Assembly (NCBI GenBank): GCA_964599385.1
Contig: CAZREL010000004.1
Location: 1 to 35,904, forward strand
Direction: 5' to 3'
Length of the DNA stretch: 35,904 nt
Source: an uncultured Gammaproteobacteria bacterium
Lineage (GTDB): Bacteria > Patescibacteriota > Patescibacteriia > Patescibacteriales > UBA12465
In this document: positions 34,139 through 35,904 of the stretch, piece by piece
Numbering within the stretch: the stretch's first letter is position 1
Layout: each line of letters begins with the position of its first letter
Position numbers and translations under genes: made by a program
The notes under the pieces: model-generated
What the model was told of the DNA's origin: nothing
Databases searched by the model: none
Seen by the model: the letters and a program-made list of their open reading frames with translations, nothing else

Positions 34139-34310
34139 CTCTAATACCGGCCTCAAGACAGTCTGTTATATGCATCATGTCGTCGTCTATAATAACTAAA
34201 GCTTCTAACTGATTGCACACTACGGATTTTTTTATCCGCCTAGCTCCATTTACATATGCATTGGTGTGATAAATCAGCTACAACCTCATCAAGATCCACT
34301 GCTATGTTCA
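34125..34310 (-). pseudogene. Decayed 5'(3')-deoxyribonucleotidase/HAD-family gene relic
   Basis: A GGAGAG RBS precedes ATG and MNIAVDLDEVVADLSHQCICKWS* (HAD motif I, DxDxV). A second frame continues ...QLEALVIIDDDMMHITDCLEAGIREAYY* (HAD Asp-Asp motif region). I recall full-length family members as far longer than the ~60 aa of coding potential here, but I could not check this. Confidence 0.5.
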
Positions 34311-34355
34311 TTGTCTCTCCTTTCTTTAGTTTTTAAATTACAATGTTAACAATAA

Positions 34356-34380
34356 AAAATAGCATTATTCATGCTATTTT
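34356..34380 (-). terminator. Intrinsic terminator after the Pif1-like helicase gene
   Basis: Perfect 10-bp stem AAAATAGCAT / ATGCTATTTT with a 5-nt loop. The T-run continues on the minus strand. Confidence 0.55.
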
Positions 34381-34402
34381 GTCAATTATTTTATAGACTG
34401 AT

Positions 34403-35701
34403 TTACAACAAACCGCCCTGCTTCTTATTAATCTTCGGCTTTAAATTATTCCTAGCTTGCTCAGAAAGAATCAAAAGCTCTTTATTATACTCAAATACTT
34501 GAGGATCGAGTTTATAAGCCATTTCATTAATCCCCATTAAATATAGGCCATCAAGGCTCGTTAAACGAGAAAGAGCTACATAACCCATTCCATAACCAAA
34601 AGAGCGACTCAAATCGATTTCAGCGGCTTCTAGGGTCATTCCCTGACTCTTGTGAACAGTAATCGCCCAGGCTAAGCGAAGAGGTATCTGGGTAATCTTG
34701 GCGAGCACCTTGTTTTCATCATCAATCGTCCAGCTGTCTGGAAACACGACAATTTCTTCCCCATTTCTTAAGCGAACAATCGGGTATCTATTTTCATCAA
34801 AATCAATTACTTTTCCAGTTGTACCGTTAACATAAACAACCTTATCTTCATTAAATTTATTCTTAACAAACATTACAAGAGCGCCTCGTTTAAGAGTTAA
34901 ATATTCAGGAACCAAACAGTTCTTTTTCAAAGATTCAACTATCTTCTTTTCCCCTTCGTTTGTCATTTGATAGGAAAATTCTGGGGCTGATATTTTATTT
35001 AGCTCTTCATTATTAATTGAGTCAACGTCGCTGTTGTGGGTAAATAATCTAACCGGTTTAATGCCGGTTTTTAGTTTCTGATTTAAACGACTCGTTAGAA
35101 GGTTAACAATTTCCGAATCAACTTTATCCTGTCTAAAACTATTTAAAATAGCACTCATCTTTTTATCATTCTGACGATGTTGTTCATCTAAATAGCAGAC
35201 TCGCAAATCCATTTCTGACCAAATTCTTGCTTTATAGACAAAGTCTGCCTCGTCTTTACTTGATGAAATAGGCGGTAGTTGAAAAAAATCTCCAGACATA
35301 ACAATTTGCATCCCGCCGAAAGCCAAAGAATTCTTTTTAAAAGCTTGGCAAACCATATTAATCATATCAAGACGATGAGCGTGTAACATTGAAATTTCAT
35401 CGATAACAAGAACGCTGGTTTTTTCAAATTGCTTTTTTAAATACGATCTTTTAACAAGAGCCTTTAACTCACCTGAACTGAGATAATCTTTTATTCCAAT
35501 TCCCGCCCAAGAATGAATAGTTCTTCCTCCTATATGAGTAGCCGCGATTCCTGTTGAGGCAGTCACAGCGACTCCAATTTTCATCTTTTTTAAGTGTGCA
35601 ATGTATTTATTTAATAAAAAAGTCTTCCCGCTTCCCGCTGGACCAGTTAAGAGCACATTATGCCCCGCTTCTAATATTTTCAGTGCTTCTTTTTGAGTCA
35701 T
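34403..35701 (-). CDS. Pif1/RecD-family SF1B DNA helicase
   Basis: 432 aa. Walker A (LLTGPAGSGKTF), Walker B (VLVIDEISML), GDFFQLPP, QHRQ and AITVHKSQGMT motifs, with an SH3-like insert. Confidence 0.85.
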   Translation of the reverse strand: MTQKEALKILEAGHNVLLTGPAGSGKTFLLNKYIAHLKKMKIGVAVTASTGIAATHIGGRTIHSWAGIGIKDYLSSGELKALVKRSYLKKQFEKTSVLVIDEISMLHAHRLDMINMVCQAFKKNSLAFGGMQIVMSGDFFQLPPISSSKDEADFVYKARIWSEMDLRVCYLDEQHRQNDKKMSAILNSFRQDKVDSEIVNLLTSRLNQKLKTGIKPVRLFTHNSDVDSINNEELNKISAPEFSYQMTNEGEKKIVESLKKNCLVPEYLTLKRGALVMFVKNKFNEDKVVYVNGTTGKVIDFDENRYPIVRLRNGEEIVVFPDSWTIDDENKVLAKITQIPLRLAWAITVHKSQGMTLEAAEIDLSRSFGYGMGYVALSRLTSLDGLYLMGINEMAYKLDPQVFEYNKELLILSEQARNNLKPKINKKQGGLL

Positions 35702-35741
35702 AACTTAAGCATTATAGCTTAAAGGCGATTTTTAGGCTAAC

Positions 35742-35770
35742 TTGACTTATTTAAAAAAATAATGTATACT
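35742..35770 (+). promoter_or_regulatory. Sigma70-like promoter for the RRM-like gene
   Basis: TTGACT (35742-35747), 17 nt, TATACT (35765-35770). Confidence 0.5.
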
Positions 35771-35798
35771 CTTTTTAGGTAAGCAGTCTTATGAGAAA

Positions 35799-35824
35799 GG
35801 CGGGCAATTCCCCGCTCTTTTTTT
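35799..35824 (+). terminator. Terminator-like hairpin in the leader of the RRM-like gene
   Basis: GCGGG / CCCGC stem (35800-35804 / 35811-35815) with a 6-nt loop, followed by TCTTTTTTT. It lies between the promoter and the ATG at 35873. Confidence 0.4.
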
Positions 35825-35872
35825 AAGAAAAGGTCGGCTTACGTTTTATTCAAAATTTTAGGAAGAACGAAA

Positions 35873-35904
35873 ATGAAAAAGTTATTCGTTGGTGGCTTGA
35901 ACTT
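35873..35904 (+). CDS. Partial CDS (5' end only), probably an RRM-type RNA-binding protein
   Basis: A GGAAG RBS lies 8 nt upstream. MKKLFVGGLN matches the RNP2 start (LFVGxL) of small bacterial RRM proteins. Only 10 codons are in the window. Confidence 0.4.
   Translation, partial: MKKLFVGGLN

Noticed and set aside
1-35904. Search for tRNA/rRNA genes, CRISPR arrays, transposases/IS ends and prophage genes.
   Set aside because: All spacers except 9886-10288 and 34036-34402 are under 200 bp. I saw no T-loop/GTTCGAATC-like motifs, no regularly spaced direct repeats and no DDE or serine-recombinase ORFs. The only recombinase is Xer-type.

Overview
This 35.9-kb window is from a low-GC bacterial chromosome. 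Spot counts give about 37% GC in housekeeping genes. Standard code 11 applies, because TGA is used as a stop (for example the gltX stop inside an ATGA overlap). The tight packing, gene content and protein styles suggest a streamlined uncultivated lineage, possibly Patescibacteria/CPR. That is inference only and cannot be verified here.

Most of the window is housekeeping:
- ruvA, a GT4 glycosyltransferase, corA, a GT26(WecG/TagA)-Nudix fusion, gltX, a class-A beta-lactamase-fold serine hydrolase and an M23 peptidase.
- A Xer-type tyrosine recombinase.
- One ~11.4-kb minus-strand array: ferredoxin, a 168-aa orphan, a TraD/VirD4-like membrane ATPase, dnaX, serS, a secreted TIM-barrel/FG-GAP protein, a membrane-anchored orphan, alr, ftsQ and a mini-ORF.
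- rpmA.
- A second ~8-kb minus-strand array: a 575-aa membrane orphan, rsmI, metG, cvpA, tsaC, an S41 protease and pyrG.
- secE-nusG-rplK-rplA.

After rplA the conserved ribosomal context breaks into an AT-richer islet (about 30% GC by spot count). It holds two orphan genes, a decayed HAD/5'-nucleotidase relic and a Pif1/RecD-type helicase. A partial RRM-like gene starts at the window edge.

I saw no rRNA, tRNA, CRISPR array or transposase.

Observations most worth follow-up:
1. A 28-bp dif-like site with a 16-nt exact match to E. coli dif lies next to the xer gene. A partial copy sits over the xer promoter.
2. dnaX contains an A_AAA_AAA slippery heptamer with a -1-frame stop two codons later, at the tau/gamma-like position.
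3. An orphan type-IV-coupling-protein-like ATPase and a small acidic partner are embedded in a housekeeping operon.
4. The orphan islet replaces the expected rplJL context.

All calls rest on motif recognition by eye. No database searches were run.
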